Source of the DNA: Actinomycetota bacterium
GTDB lineage: Bacteria > Actinomycetota > Acidimicrobiia > IMCC26256 > PALSA-610
Length of the DNA: 64,000 bases
NCBI GenBank assembly: GCA_003134555.1
Contig: PLBO01000151.1
Location: 97,817-161,816, forward strand
Direction: 5' to 3'
Shown here: positions 18,995 through 28,213 of the stretch, in pieces
How positions within the stretch are numbered: the stretch's first letter is position 1
How the letters are laid out: each line of letters starts with the position of its first letter
Notes under the pieces: generated by a model
Database searches by the model: none
What the model was told of the DNA's origin: nothing
What the model saw: only the letters and a program-made list of their open reading frames with translations
Position numbers and translations under genes: made by a program

Positions 18995-19738
18995 ATGGAA
19001 GAGCTCGTCTCGGAAGGACTGCGCCTCGGAGCGCATTTCGCGCGTCCGGCCGGCGTCACACGGGTGCCCGGACTGCTCGTGCTTCCCGGATTTCCTCGCG
19101 GCACCGGTGGCGCCGCGGCGCTCGGGAACACCGATCAGACCCTGTGCGATCGCATCGCGCGCGAATCGGGCTGGGCCGGCCTCACCTTCACCTTCCGGGG
19201 GACCGGCCCGTCGGCCGGCGATTTCTCGATCGAGGGCTGGCTCGCCGACGTGCGCGCCGCGGTCGACGCCCTGCACGCGCGTACCGACGTCACAGGGGTC
19301 TGGATCGCGGGGTTTCGTCTCGGCGGGACGCTCGCGCTCGTCGTGGCCGCCGACGACGAGCGAGTGCGCGGCATCGCGACCTTCGCCGCGCCCGCGTCGC
19401 TGCGGACCTGGGTGCGCGAGCCCGCGTGGTTCCTCGAGTACGCGCGCCGAACGGGCGTGTTGCGTACGCCGGAATTTCCGACCGATCCCGAAGCGTGGAT
19501 CCGGGCAATCGCGAATCTCGATCCGATCGCGGCCGCGCGACGCATCGGGCCTCGACCCTGGCTGCTCGTGCACGGCAGTGCCGACGACGTCGTCCCGGTC
19601 GACGACGCGCGGCGGCTGGCCGATGCGGGCGGAGACTGCGTCGATCTGCGGATCGTGGCGAACGGTCCGCACCGCCTGCGTCACGACCCCCGAGCGATCG
19701 CGGCACTGCTCGGGTGGCTCGACCGTCAGGAGCCCTGA
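18995..19738 (+). CDS. Alpha/beta hydrolase fold protein (nucleophile position is Arg)
   Basis: FRGTGPSAG, GFRLGG elbow, VHGSADDVV, GPH. Confidence 0.85.
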   Translation: MEELVSEGLRLGAHFARPAGVTRVPGLLVLPGFPRGTGGAAALGNTDQTLCDRIARESGWAGLTFTFRGTGPSAGDFSIEGWLADVRAAVDALHARTDVTGVWIAGFRLGGTLALVVAADDERVRGIATFAAPASLRTWVREPAWFLEYARRTGVLRTPEFPTDPEAWIRAIANLDPIAAARRIGPRPWLLVHGSADDVVPVDDARRLADAGGDCVDLRIVANGPHRLRHDPRAIAALLGWLDRQEP

Positions 19739-20628
19739 GCCCGCGCGTCGGCCAGGACGGCGTCGAGCGTCTCGTCGAGCGTGTGTCGCGGCGACCATCC
19801 GGTTGCGTCGACGAGCTTGGTCGGATCGCCGACGAGGCGCGGTACCTCGACCGCCCGCACCAGTGCCTCGTCGACCACGACGTCGAGACCGCCACCGGCG
19901 CGGGCGATGAGGCGGTCCGCGATCTCGCCGATCGATGTCCCCGCGCCGCTACACACGTTGTACGGCTCGCCCGGTTTCCCATGCTCGACGAGGAGACGGT
20001 AGGCGCGGACGACGTCGCGCACGTCGGAGACATCGCGCACCGGCTCCCGAGCGCCGGCCGTGATGGTCGTCGCGTGCTCGCGCTGTGCGTCGACGATGCG
20101 GCGCGCCAGCGCGGGGACGACGAAGCGCGCGGATTGACCCGCGCCCGTGTGCGAGAAGGCGCGGACGCGCACCGTCTCGAGACCGGCGCCGAGCCAGGCT
20201 TGTAGTGCCAGGAACGACGCCGCGACCTTGCTCGCGCCGTAGGGCGTGATCGGCCGGAGGGGAGCGTCCTCGCTCAGGCGCGGGCTCTCGGCGTCGATCT
20301 TGCCGTACTCCTCGGAGCTCCCCACGACGAGGACGCGTCGCACTCCGGAATCACGAGCGGCGTCGAGGACGTTCGCCGTTCCCTCGACGTTGACGCGCAA
20401 GCACATGGTCGGATCACGCCACGATGCGCCGACGTCCGACCACGCGGCCAGGTGGTAGACGACCTCGGGCCGCGCCGCGTCGAACACTTCCCGAACTGTC
20501 CGCCGGTCGGTGATGTCGAACGCTCCGCTCGCGTCTCCGGGAACTATGACCTCGTCGTCGCATTCGTGGAGATGGGCGAGGAGGTGTGGGCCGACGAAGC
20601 CGGTCGCGCCGGTTATCAGCGCCCTCAT
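19726..20628 (-). CDS. rmd: NAD-dependent epimerase/dehydratase, GDP-4-dehydro-6-deoxy-D-mannose reductase-like
   Basis: ITGATGFVG, GSSEEYG, YGASK, RAFSHTGAGQ, RDVSDVRDVV. Confidence 0.75.
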   Translation of the reverse strand: MRALITGATGFVGPHLLAHLHECDDEVIVPGDASGAFDITDRRTVREVFDAARPEVVYHLAAWSDVGASWRDPTMCLRVNVEGTANVLDAARDSGVRRVLVVGSSEEYGKIDAESPRLSEDAPLRPITPYGASKVAASFLALQAWLGAGLETVRVRAFSHTGAGQSARFVVPALARRIVDAQREHATTITAGAREPVRDVSDVRDVVRAYRLLVEHGKPGEPYNVCSGAGTSIGEIADRLIARAGGGLDVVVDEALVRAVEVPRLVGDPTKLVDATGWSPRHTLDETLDAVLADARAQGS

Positions 20629-21782
20629 CCGGGCACGGCCGCCCGGCGCCCGCGACCGCTCGTCCCGCGACCGATGGCCCGGCGGTAGGCATCGACGTGC
20701 GCGTCGATCGAGCGCTCCCAGGTGAACGTCGCGGCGCGGGCGGGCCCGGCCGCGCGCAACCGCTCCGCGACGTTCGCATCGTCGAGGACGGTCGACAGCG
20801 CGCGGGCGAGCGCATCGGGATCGGCCGGCGGGACGAGCAGCGCCGCATCGCCGACCACCTCTTCGAGGGCCGAACCCGAAGTCGTCACGAGCGGGGTGCC
20901 GCTCGCGAGCGCCTCGAGCGCCGGCATGCCGAAGCCCTCGACGAGCGACGGATACGCGATGACCTCGGCTCGCCGGAAGAGGGCGGCGAGTGTGGCGTCG
21001 TCGACGTAGCCGGGACGCAGGATGCGCGTCGCGACGCCGCTCGACGCGATCGCGGCGCGCGCCTCCGCCACACCCCACCCGTCACCGCCGGCGAGGACGA
21101 GCTGGAGGTCGGGGTGCGCCGGTGCGATACGCGCGAACGCGCGCACGAGAGTGGGAACGTCTTTGCGAGGCTCGATGGTGCTCGCGAACGCGACGTAGGG
21201 GCTCGTGATTCCGTGCTTGGCCAGCGCGGCTCGGTCGGCCGCGTCGTCGCCCGTCGGGGAGAAGCGCAGATGATCGACGCCGTGATGCACGACCACGATC
21301 TCGCCCTGCAGTCGGAAACGTGCGCGCAGGCCCTCGGCGGCGTCGTTGCTCCCGGTGATGATGACGTCGGCGCGGCGGGCGGACGCGGCGATCATGCGGC
21401 GGAAGTAGATGACCTTCGAGCGCTCGTGCCATTCGGGATGATCGAAGAAGGTGAGGTCGTGCATGGCGACCACGGTCGGAACAGTCGAGCGCAGGGGCAT
21501 CGTGTAGTGCGGACCGTGCCAGACGTCGGGTCGGATCCGCTGCGCGACGCGTGGCCCGGCCGCCTGTTCCCAAGCCAACCGGACTGGCCGGTGCTTCGGT
21601 GCGAGCGCGTGCAGTTCGGCCCTCGGCGCGAGGTCGGTCCAGCGTGTGATGTCGTCGCGGCGCGTCAGCAGGTGCACGTCGATGTCGTCGCGCGCCGAGA
21701 TCCCGCGCGCGATGGCGATCGTGTACACACCCGCGCCGACCGGGCGGGCGGGGACGGCCGAGACATCGAGGAGCACGCGCAC
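20625..21782 (-). CDS. Glycosyltransferase family 4 (MtfB/WbpX-like)
   Basis: HDLTF, STIEPRK, YPSLVEGFGMPALEA. Confidence 0.92.
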   Translation of the reverse strand: MRVLLDVSAVPARPVGAGVYTIAIARGISARDDIDVHLLTRRDDITRWTDLAPRAELHALAPKHRPVRLAWEQAAGPRVAQRIRPDVWHGPHYTMPLRSTVPTVVAMHDLTFFDHPEWHERSKVIYFRRMIAASARRADVIITGSNDAAEGLRARFRLQGEIVVVHHGVDHLRFSPTGDDAADRAALAKHGITSPYVAFASTIEPRKDVPTLVRAFARIAPAHPDLQLVLAGGDGWGVAEARAAIASSGVATRILRPGYVDDATLAALFRRAEVIAYPSLVEGFGMPALEALASGTPLVTTSGSALEEVVGDAALLVPPADPDALARALSTVLDDANVAERLRAAGPARAATFTWERSIDAHVDAYRRAIGRGTSGRGRRAAVPG

Positions 21783-21791
21783 GGGCGGAGT

Positions 21792-22877
21792 CTACGAAGC
21801 CGGGTACGTGAGCGCGCGAGCGTAGGCGCGGCTGTGACCCTCGGCCGAGCGGTTCCAGTTGAGCTCGGCCGCGCGGGCGAGCCCGGCGCGTCCGAGGTCG
21901 ATACGAAAGTTGTCGTCGTCGAGCATGCGCCCGATCTGTTCGACGCACGCGTCGACGTCGCCGGGGGCGAAGAGCGCTCCCGCGCCCTCCACGACCTCTT
22001 CGAGCGACGAGCCGGTCGTGACGATCGTCGGAACACCTCGGGCCATAGCCTCCGCCGCCGGGAGTCCGAATCCCTCGTACAGCGACGCCAGGCAGAACGC
22101 GGACGCCCGACGGTAGAGCGCGTCGAGCACCGACCAGGGTTGCGCGCCGATCACGCGCACGAACGATCTGTCGAGACCGTGTACCTCTCCCCAGCCGCGC
22201 GGACCGGCCACGACGAGCGTGAGGTCGGGTCGCGTGCGGCGGAGACGCTCGACGGCGCGCACGATCGTGATGACGTCCTTGCGCGGCTCGACTGTCCCGA
22301 CCGTGAGCACGTACGGAGGTTGCACTCCGGCACGCGCGACGGCCCGGTCGATCTCGTCGGGATCGCGTGGCAACGGCGCGTCGACGCCGAACGGAACGAC
22401 TTCGATTCGGTCGAGGTCGAATCCCTCGCGCGCGAGCTCCTCGCGTGTGAACATCGACGGTACGACGACGATGCTCGCGTGGCGCCGCGCGAGCGTGAGG
22501 CCGCGCGTGTGGAAGTTGACGCCCCGTCTGGTCGTCACCTCCGGCAGCCGGCGGAAGGCGATGTCGTGCACGGTCACTACCAGCGGGCGGTCGCGCACCG
22601 GCGGTATCGCCAGGCTCGGCGCGTGCACCACGTCGGCCTCGATCCGGACGCGCGGTCGTTGCAGGCGGTGCCAGAGCTCGTAGCGCACGCTGCCGTGGGG
22701 AGGTCCGAGGTCGATCCACGGGACGCGCGGAGCGACCCCGCGGGGTCTTTCACCGGCCGCGAAGGCGATCGGCTCGACCCCGAAGTCGGGGAGGTGGCGG
22801 AGAAGCGCGATCTCGTAGCGACCGATGCCGCCGGGCACCGGCTGCAGCAATTGACCTGCGTGCACCGCAACTTTCAC
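21792..22877 (-). CDS. Glycosyltransferase family 4 (MtfB/WbpX-like)
   Basis: GGIGRY, VHDIAF, GTVEPRK, SLYEGFGLPAAEAM. GTGA overlap with the upstream gene. Confidence 0.92.
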   Translation of the reverse strand: MKVAVHAGQLLQPVPGGIGRYEIALLRHLPDFGVEPIAFAAGERPRGVAPRVPWIDLGPPHGSVRYELWHRLQRPRVRIEADVVHAPSLAIPPVRDRPLVVTVHDIAFRRLPEVTTRRGVNFHTRGLTLARRHASIVVVPSMFTREELAREGFDLDRIEVVPFGVDAPLPRDPDEIDRAVARAGVQPPYVLTVGTVEPRKDVITIVRAVERLRRTRPDLTLVVAGPRGWGEVHGLDRSFVRVIGAQPWSVLDALYRRASAFCLASLYEGFGLPAAEAMARGVPTIVTTGSSLEEVVEGAGALFAPGDVDACVEQIGRMLDDDNFRIDLGRAGLARAAELNWNRSAEGHSRAYARALTYPAS

Positions 22878-24016
22878 GCCGGCTGCTCCACGACTCTCCG
22901 GTAGCAGGACGCGAGCGCGCGCGCGGTGTGGTCCCACGAGAAGGCGTGCACTCGATCGCGTCCGCGCGCGACGAGCTCGGACCGGAGCGTTTCGTCGGTC
23001 ATCACGCGATCTATCTCGTCGGCGAGGTTCTGCTCGTTGGTCGGTTCGAACAGCAGCGCGGCATCGCCCGCGACCTCGGGGATCGCCCCCGCGCGCGCGG
23101 CAACGACCGGGACGCCCGCGGTCATCGCCTCGAGTACCGGGAAGCCGAAGCCTTCGTAGATCGACGGGTAAGCGAGCAGCGTTGCGTTCTCCAGGAGCGC
23201 CCGCCGGCCCGCGTCGGAGACTCCGCCGGCCAGCACGACGCGTTCGCGGGCGCCCGGAGGCAGACGAGCGATCGCGGCTTCGATCTCGGGCCGGCCCGGC
23301 CCGTCGTGACCGGCGATGACGAGGCGTACGTCGGCGTGGCGCGCCGCGAGCTCGCCGAACGCGCCGACAAGGTGCGCGAAGTTCTTGCGGGGTTCGAGCG
23401 TGCCGATCGCGACGATGAACGGGGCACCGCCGAGGGCGGCCGCGACGGCAGGAGGCATCTGGGCCGCGTCACCCAGTGACGGAATACCGAGCGGGATCAC
23501 GACGAGCCGCCCGGCCGCGCGCAGGCCCCGACCGAAGATCTCCTCGATCTCGTCGGCCACGAACTCCGATCCGGTGTGAAGCGTCGCGCCGCGTGCGACG
23601 GCCCGCCGGATTGCGGGTTCGAACGCGCGTACTTCCGGAGTACAGAGCTCCGGATAGCGGACGAACGAGCAGTCGTACACGCTGACGACCGTCGGCAACC
23701 GGCTCGGAGGCGCGAGGTAGTTGGTCGCGTGGACGACGTGCGCGGGGCGCAACCATCGATCGATGCTCGGCGCGTCGGCTCGTACCCACGATCTGAGCAG
23801 GATGCGCGCCGGAATCGGTACGAAGCGCGTGTTCGGTGGCACCGCGTCGCGGTGCAGGCGCGCCCGGACGCTGAGTGTGTACGGAACGAGGTCCGGGCCG
23901 GCTTCGAGCGCGCGCAGCGCGTCGATGATCTCCGCGACTGCGGCGCCGATGCCGGAACGCGCGCCGAGCAATGGCGTGACGTCGATCGCAACGGTCGGAC
24001 GCGCCGTCGGAGACAC
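22874..24016 (-). CDS. Glycosyltransferase family 4 (MtfB/WbpX-like)
   Basis: GTLEPRKN, YPSIYEGFGFPVLEAM. Confidence 0.92.
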   Translation of the reverse strand: MSPTARPTVAIDVTPLLGARSGIGAAVAEIIDALRALEAGPDLVPYTLSVRARLHRDAVPPNTRFVPIPARILLRSWVRADAPSIDRWLRPAHVVHATNYLAPPSRLPTVVSVYDCSFVRYPELCTPEVRAFEPAIRRAVARGATLHTGSEFVADEIEEIFGRGLRAAGRLVVIPLGIPSLGDAAQMPPAVAAALGGAPFIVAIGTLEPRKNFAHLVGAFGELAARHADVRLVIAGHDGPGRPEIEAAIARLPPGARERVVLAGGVSDAGRRALLENATLLAYPSIYEGFGFPVLEAMTAGVPVVAARAGAIPEVAGDAALLFEPTNEQNLADEIDRVMTDETLRSELVARGRDRVHAFSWDHTARALASCYRRVVEQPA

Positions 24017-24102
24017 CGCAGGTTGCTACCACACATCGACCGGTACGCTGTAGCTTCGAAGGCGGGCTGAGTTGCCGATGACCCTGGTGGAGAGCTGGAC
24101 CA

Positions 24103-25644
24103 GTGCAGCACGACGACAGCCACGATTCCGTTTCTCGTCGTCTCACTCGCCGCGCCGCGTTGCAGCTCGGCGCCGGAGCAGGCGTCGCCGCAGTAGCGGC
24201 GCCATATGTCGCGCGTCACTCCGGCGGCACTCACGCGGTCGATCTGGGCGATGTGCAGTCGGTGTTCAGCGCCGTACCCAACTGGCCCGTACCGTCGATC
24301 GTGACGCGCCCGCGCTGGGGCGCCAACGAGGGTCTGCGCAAATCCGGCCAGAGTTACGACACGCGGATCACGAAGATCGTCGTGCATCACACGGGAACGC
24401 CGAACGACATCACGGACTACGCCGGGTTGTGCCGCGGGATCCTCGCGAACGAGACATCCGGCGAGTACATCGACATCGCGTACAACTGGCTCATCGATCC
24501 GAACGGTCGGATCTACGAAGGTCGCTGGGCCCAGGATTATCCGTCGGGCGCGGCGCACACCGGAGAGCGCAGCGGTGCCAACGTGCGCGGCGCGCACGCG
24601 ATCTATCACAACACGAGCACCATCGGGATCGCGCTGATGGGCACCTACGACACCGTCGATCCATCACCCGCGATGCTCGATGCCCTCGTCTCGCTGCTCG
24701 CCTGGAAGTGCGCGCGTTGGGGGATCGATCCGCTCGGCCGTGGTTCGTTTCTCGCGACGAACGGCAGGCTCGAGAATCTGTTCAACATCTGCGGCCATCG
24801 CGACACCTCCGCGACCGACTGCCCGGGCCAGCGCGTCGAGCCGATGTTGCCGGCGATCCGCGCGCGGGCGGCGAGCCGCGTCGCCGGTTCCGGCTACTGG
24901 ATCGCGACCGAGCTCGGCGAAGTGCTGGCGTTCGGCGGTGCGCCTCTCGTGAGCACGGCCGGGTTCCGGCTGACGAGCCGGATCGTGGGGATCGCCGGTC
25001 ACCCCTCGGGCACGGCGTACTGGTTGTTCGCGGGTGACGGCAGCGTGTACGCGTTCGGCGGCGCCGGGTTCTACGGCGGCATGAACGGGCGCCACCTCAA
25101 CGCGCCCCTCGTCGGCATGGCTGCGACTCCGTCGGGTCGGGGCTACTGGTTGGTTGCCGGCGACGGCGGCATCTTCAGCTTCGGCGACGCCCGGTTCTTC
25201 GGTTCGACGGGAGGGATGCGACTGAACGCGCCGGTTCTCGGCATGACGCCGACGCGCACCGGACAGGGCTATTGGCTCTACGCGCGAGACGGTGGCGTCT
25301 TCAGCTACGGCGACGCCGTGTTCCACGGCTCGACCGGCGGCATCCGCCTGAATCAGCCCGTCACGTCGATGGCCGCGCGGCCGCAAGGCGACGGTTACTG
25401 GATGATCGCCCGTGACGGCGGCGTCTTCTCGTTCGGACGGGCACCGTTCGAGGGTTCGGCCGCGAGCTCGCGATCGCCGTTGCCGTTCGTCGCGATGCTG
25501 CCGTCGACGACGGGCAAGGGCTACGTCATGTTGCGTGAGGACGGCCGGCTGGCCGCGTTCGGCGACGCACCGATCCTCGGCGACTCGCAGGGAAACGTGT
25601 TCGGACGCGCGGTCGGCATCGCGGGCCGGCTGAGTCCGCTGTAG
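24103..25644 (+). CDS. Tat-exported N-acetylmuramoyl-L-alanine amidase (PGRP/Amidase_2) with C-terminal six-repeat module
   Basis: TRRAAL twin-arginine signal. VHHT, DIAYNWL, YEGR, GAHA, GHRD, TDCPG, then GYW repeats. Confidence 0.9.
   Translation: MQHDDSHDSVSRRLTRRAALQLGAGAGVAAVAAPYVARHSGGTHAVDLGDVQSVFSAVPNWPVPSIVTRPRWGANEGLRKSGQSYDTRITKIVVHHTGTPNDITDYAGLCRGILANETSGEYIDIAYNWLIDPNGRIYEGRWAQDYPSGAAHTGERSGANVRGAHAIYHNTSTIGIALMGTYDTVDPSPAMLDALVSLLAWKCARWGIDPLGRGSFLATNGRLENLFNICGHRDTSATDCPGQRVEPMLPAIRARAASRVAGSGYWIATELGEVLAFGGAPLVSTAGFRLTSRIVGIAGHPSGTAYWLFAGDGSVYAFGGAGFYGGMNGRHLNAPLVGMAATPSGRGYWLVAGDGGIFSFGDARFFGSTGGMRLNAPVLGMTPTRTGQGYWLYARDGGVFSYGDAVFHGSTGGIRLNQPVTSMAARPQGDGYWMIARDGGVFSFGRAPFEGSAASSRSPLPFVAMLPSTTGKGYVMLREDGRLAAFGDAPILGDSQGNVFGRAVGIAGRLSPL
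24892..25641 (+). repeat. Six ~43-aa coding repeats (GYWLVAGDGGIFSFGDARFFGSTGGMRLNAP)
   Basis: Same repeat family as 7848-8594. Confidence 0.85.
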
Positions 25645-25653
25645 TAGCTCGCG

Positions 25654-26802
25654 TCAGGAGGAGCGCCGGCGCAGCAGGTCGCGGGCGCGGCGCCGGGTGC
25701 GCGGAGTGCCTTCCGGCTTCACCGCGACGTACCAGTAGTCGCGCCAGCCCGCGGCCTTGTCGGTCTCTTGCACCGCGACGATCGAGAAGTCGCGCGCGTT
25801 CAGCATCGCCTCGACCTCCGCGCGCGGAATGCCGTGGATCTCCATCACCGGCAGGATCTCGGGCTCATCGCGCGAGGACGCGGTCGTGCGGGGCACGACC
25901 CGGACGGGGATGGTGGTCGTCGGCGACCCGCGATCCGCGAACCAGGCGACGCCCTCGAGCACGAGATCCAACTCCATGAGGTACGCGCCGGGGTCGGTCG
26001 GCGCCTGCATCTCCAGGGTCAGCTGGACCGTGTCGCCGGGCTGCAACGTTGCTCCCATCGAGGCCCGGCCGTCGTCGATCCGCAAGAGCTCGCCGCCGGC
26101 ACTACGCCAATGATTGCCGAGGTTCACGAACCGATCGGCGGGCCAGGGGGCCGTACTCACATTGCGCACGCGGACATCGATCTCACCGATGACACCGGCC
26201 TCGAGCTCGAGCGCGTCGTCGACGGGGAGGATCTCCGCGCGATACGCGTCGTCGGCGATCGATGCAAGCCCCGGAGTGCGTTCGTCGGCTGGCAGCGGAT
26301 GACTCGGCAGCTGGAAGACCATCACGCCCCCGGGCGCGAGCACCCGCGTGAACTCGCGCACGTAGTTCGCGCTGAATTCCGGGGAGATATGTTGCAGGAC
26401 GATGTCGGAGTAGATGAGGTCGAAGACCCCGTCGTCGAAGAGCTTCAGGTCGTCGCGGTCGTTGACGTGGTAGCGGCAAGCATCGCCGAATCTATTCAGC
26501 TCGTGCGCGCGTTCGATCATCGACGGCGCGATGTCGACGCCGTCGCACTCTTCGAACGTGCGCGCGAGCGCCTGGGTGAGGCGGCCGACACCGCAACCGA
26601 AGTCGAGTGCGCGTCCTCGTCGCAACCCGACGTCGAGCTCCTCCAACCAGGCGAACAGCGCGTCGATCTCGTCGATACCCGTGCGGAGGAACTCGTCGAG
26701 ATCCCAGCGGTTCCCGCGTCGATCGGGACGCGAGATGATCGCCCAGTACGGATCACGACGACCCCACTCGTCCCAGTTGCGCTGGAGATCGTCGAGGTCC
26801 AC
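25654..26802 (-). CDS. Class I SAM methyltransferase with inserted Ig-like domain
   Basis: LDFGCGVG, GVDIAPSMI, IVLQH. Beta-rich insert (V.V.N.S..W..LGNHW..APTDPGAY..DLV.EG..WF). Confidence 0.85.
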   Translation of the reverse strand: MDLDDLQRNWDEWGRRDPYWAIISRPDRRGNRWDLDEFLRTGIDEIDALFAWLEELDVGLRRGRALDFGCGVGRLTQALARTFEECDGVDIAPSMIERAHELNRFGDACRYHVNDRDDLKLFDDGVFDLIYSDIVLQHISPEFSANYVREFTRVLAPGGVMVFQLPSHPLPADERTPGLASIADDAYRAEILPVDDALELEAGVIGEIDVRVRNVSTAPWPADRFVNLGNHWRSAGGELLRIDDGRASMGATLQPGDTVQLTLEMQAPTDPGAYLMELDLVLEGVAWFADRGSPTTTIPVRVVPRTTASSRDEPEILPVMEIHGIPRAEVEAMLNARDFSIVAVQETDKAAGWRDYWYVAVKPEGTPRTRRRARDLLRRRSS

Positions 26803-26811
26803 GAGCGGATG

Positions 26812-27423
26812 CTACCGGCGCATCCGGCCGCGTCGAGCTCGGACGGGATGCTGCGCGAGGGCGAGCATCTCGTCGTCGCCGCCGCTGTTGCCGTAGGCCC
26901 ACAACTCGACGTCGTCGTCACCGAGGAGCGCGCGCAACCGCGTTGCTTTCTCGGCGCCGCGGCAGTTCGCGCCCCGCAGCTTTCCGGTGCAGCGGCCGCG
27001 CTCGTCGACGCCGAGACTCGTGCACAGGACGTGCGCGACTCCCAACGTCCGCGCAACCTCGTCGAGGTACACGTCGAGTGAGGCGGAGACGATCACCACC
27101 TCGTGACCTTCGCGCAGGTGCCACGCGATGCGGTCGCGTCCTTCGGTCGTGATCGCAGATCGTGCCAGCTCGGCTCCAAAGAGCCGTCCGGCGGCCGCGA
27201 CCGCGGCGTACGAGCGCCCGGCCAGCACTCGGGTCAGCACCCGCTCCTTCACGACGTCGCGATCGCCGCGACCGGCGCCCGCGAGCGCGAGCCGCGCCGA
27301 TTCAGCCGCGAGGGCGCGGAGCACTGATCCGCGCCCGGCAACGGTCGCGAGGAACGGCGCCAGCGTGTCGCTGCGGGTCAGCGTGCCGTCGAAATCGAAG
27401 GCGGCGAAGGTCCGCCGGCTCAC
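26812..27423 (-). CDS. HAD-IB family phosphatase
   Basis: FDFDGTLT motif I, VSAS, EK, YGNSGGDDEML. Confidence 0.9.
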   Translation of the reverse strand: MSRRTFAAFDFDGTLTRSDTLAPFLATVAGRGSVLRALAAESARLALAGAGRGDRDVVKERVLTRVLAGRSYAAVAAAGRLFGAELARSAITTEGRDRIAWHLREGHEVVIVSASLDVYLDEVARTLGVAHVLCTSLGVDERGRCTGKLRGANCRGAEKATRLRALLGDDDVELWAYGNSGGDDEMLALAQHPVRARRGRMRR

Positions 27424-27441
27424 GAGCTCACGAGCTCACGA
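27418..27441. repeat. Tandem repeat (GCTCACGA)x3 at the dprE2/HAD junction
   Basis: Three exact 8-bp units. Confidence 0.9.
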
Positions 27442-28200
27442 GATGGGCAGGCGTCGGAACACCGCGACGGGCAGGTGCCGGAGCACGGCCATCACGTAGC
27501 GCATCGCGGGCGGCACCCACACGATGCCCCGCCCGAGGGCGAGCCCGCGCACCACTGCGTCGGCGACCTCGTCGGGTGTGACCGAAAGGGGAGCAGCCTT
27601 CAACCCGTCGGTCATCTTCGTGTGCACGAACCCGGGGCGGACGATCATGACGTGCACGCCACTCGACGCGAGCGACGCGGCGAGGCCCTGGTAGTAGCCG
27701 TCGATGCCGGCTTTCGAGGAGCCGTAGACGAAGTTCGATCGGCGCACCCGCTCGCCCGCGACCGACGACAGGAGCACCAGGGCTCCGTGGCCCTGGGCGC
27801 GCAGGCGGGTGACCACCGGCACCGTTACCGACACCGTTCCCGTGAAGTTGGTCTGCACGATCTCGAGCGCGGCGGCCGGATCGCGCTCGGCCCGATCCTG
27901 GTCGCCCAACACGCCGAACGCGACGAGCACGAGGTCGAAGTCGCCGCATCGATCGAACGTCGCGCGCACGAATCCCTCGTGCGACGCGAAGTCGGTGGCA
28001 TCGAACGCGACCGAATGAACCTCTGACGCGCCGGCGGCGCGCAACTCCGCTTCCGCCGCCTCGCAGGCCTCGGGCTTGCGCGCGGCCAGCACGACGCGCG
28101 CGCCGCGCCGCGCAACGATCCTGCGGACGGTCGCGAGCGCGATGTCGGAGGTCCCGCCGAGCACCAGGACCGACTGCATCTCGCCCAACGCGTCTCTCAC
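27436..28200 (-). CDS. dprE2: Decaprenylphospho-beta-D-erythro-pentofuranosid-2-ulose 2-reductase-like SDR
   Basis: LGGTSDIA, FGVLGDQ, SSVAGERVRRSNFVYGSSKAG. Lies downstream of dprE1, with a GGAGG RBS. Confidence 0.9.
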   Translation of the reverse strand: MRDALGEMQSVLVLGGTSDIALATVRRIVARRGARVVLAARKPEACEAAEAELRAAGASEVHSVAFDATDFASHEGFVRATFDRCGDFDLVLVAFGVLGDQDRAERDPAAALEIVQTNFTGTVSVTVPVVTRLRAQGHGALVLLSSVAGERVRRSNFVYGSSKAGIDGYYQGLAASLASSGVHVMIVRPGFVHTKMTDGLKAAPLSVTPDEVADAVVRGLALGRGIVWVPPAMRYVMAVLRHLPVAVFRRLPIS

Positions 28201-28213
28201 GCCAAACCCTCCG

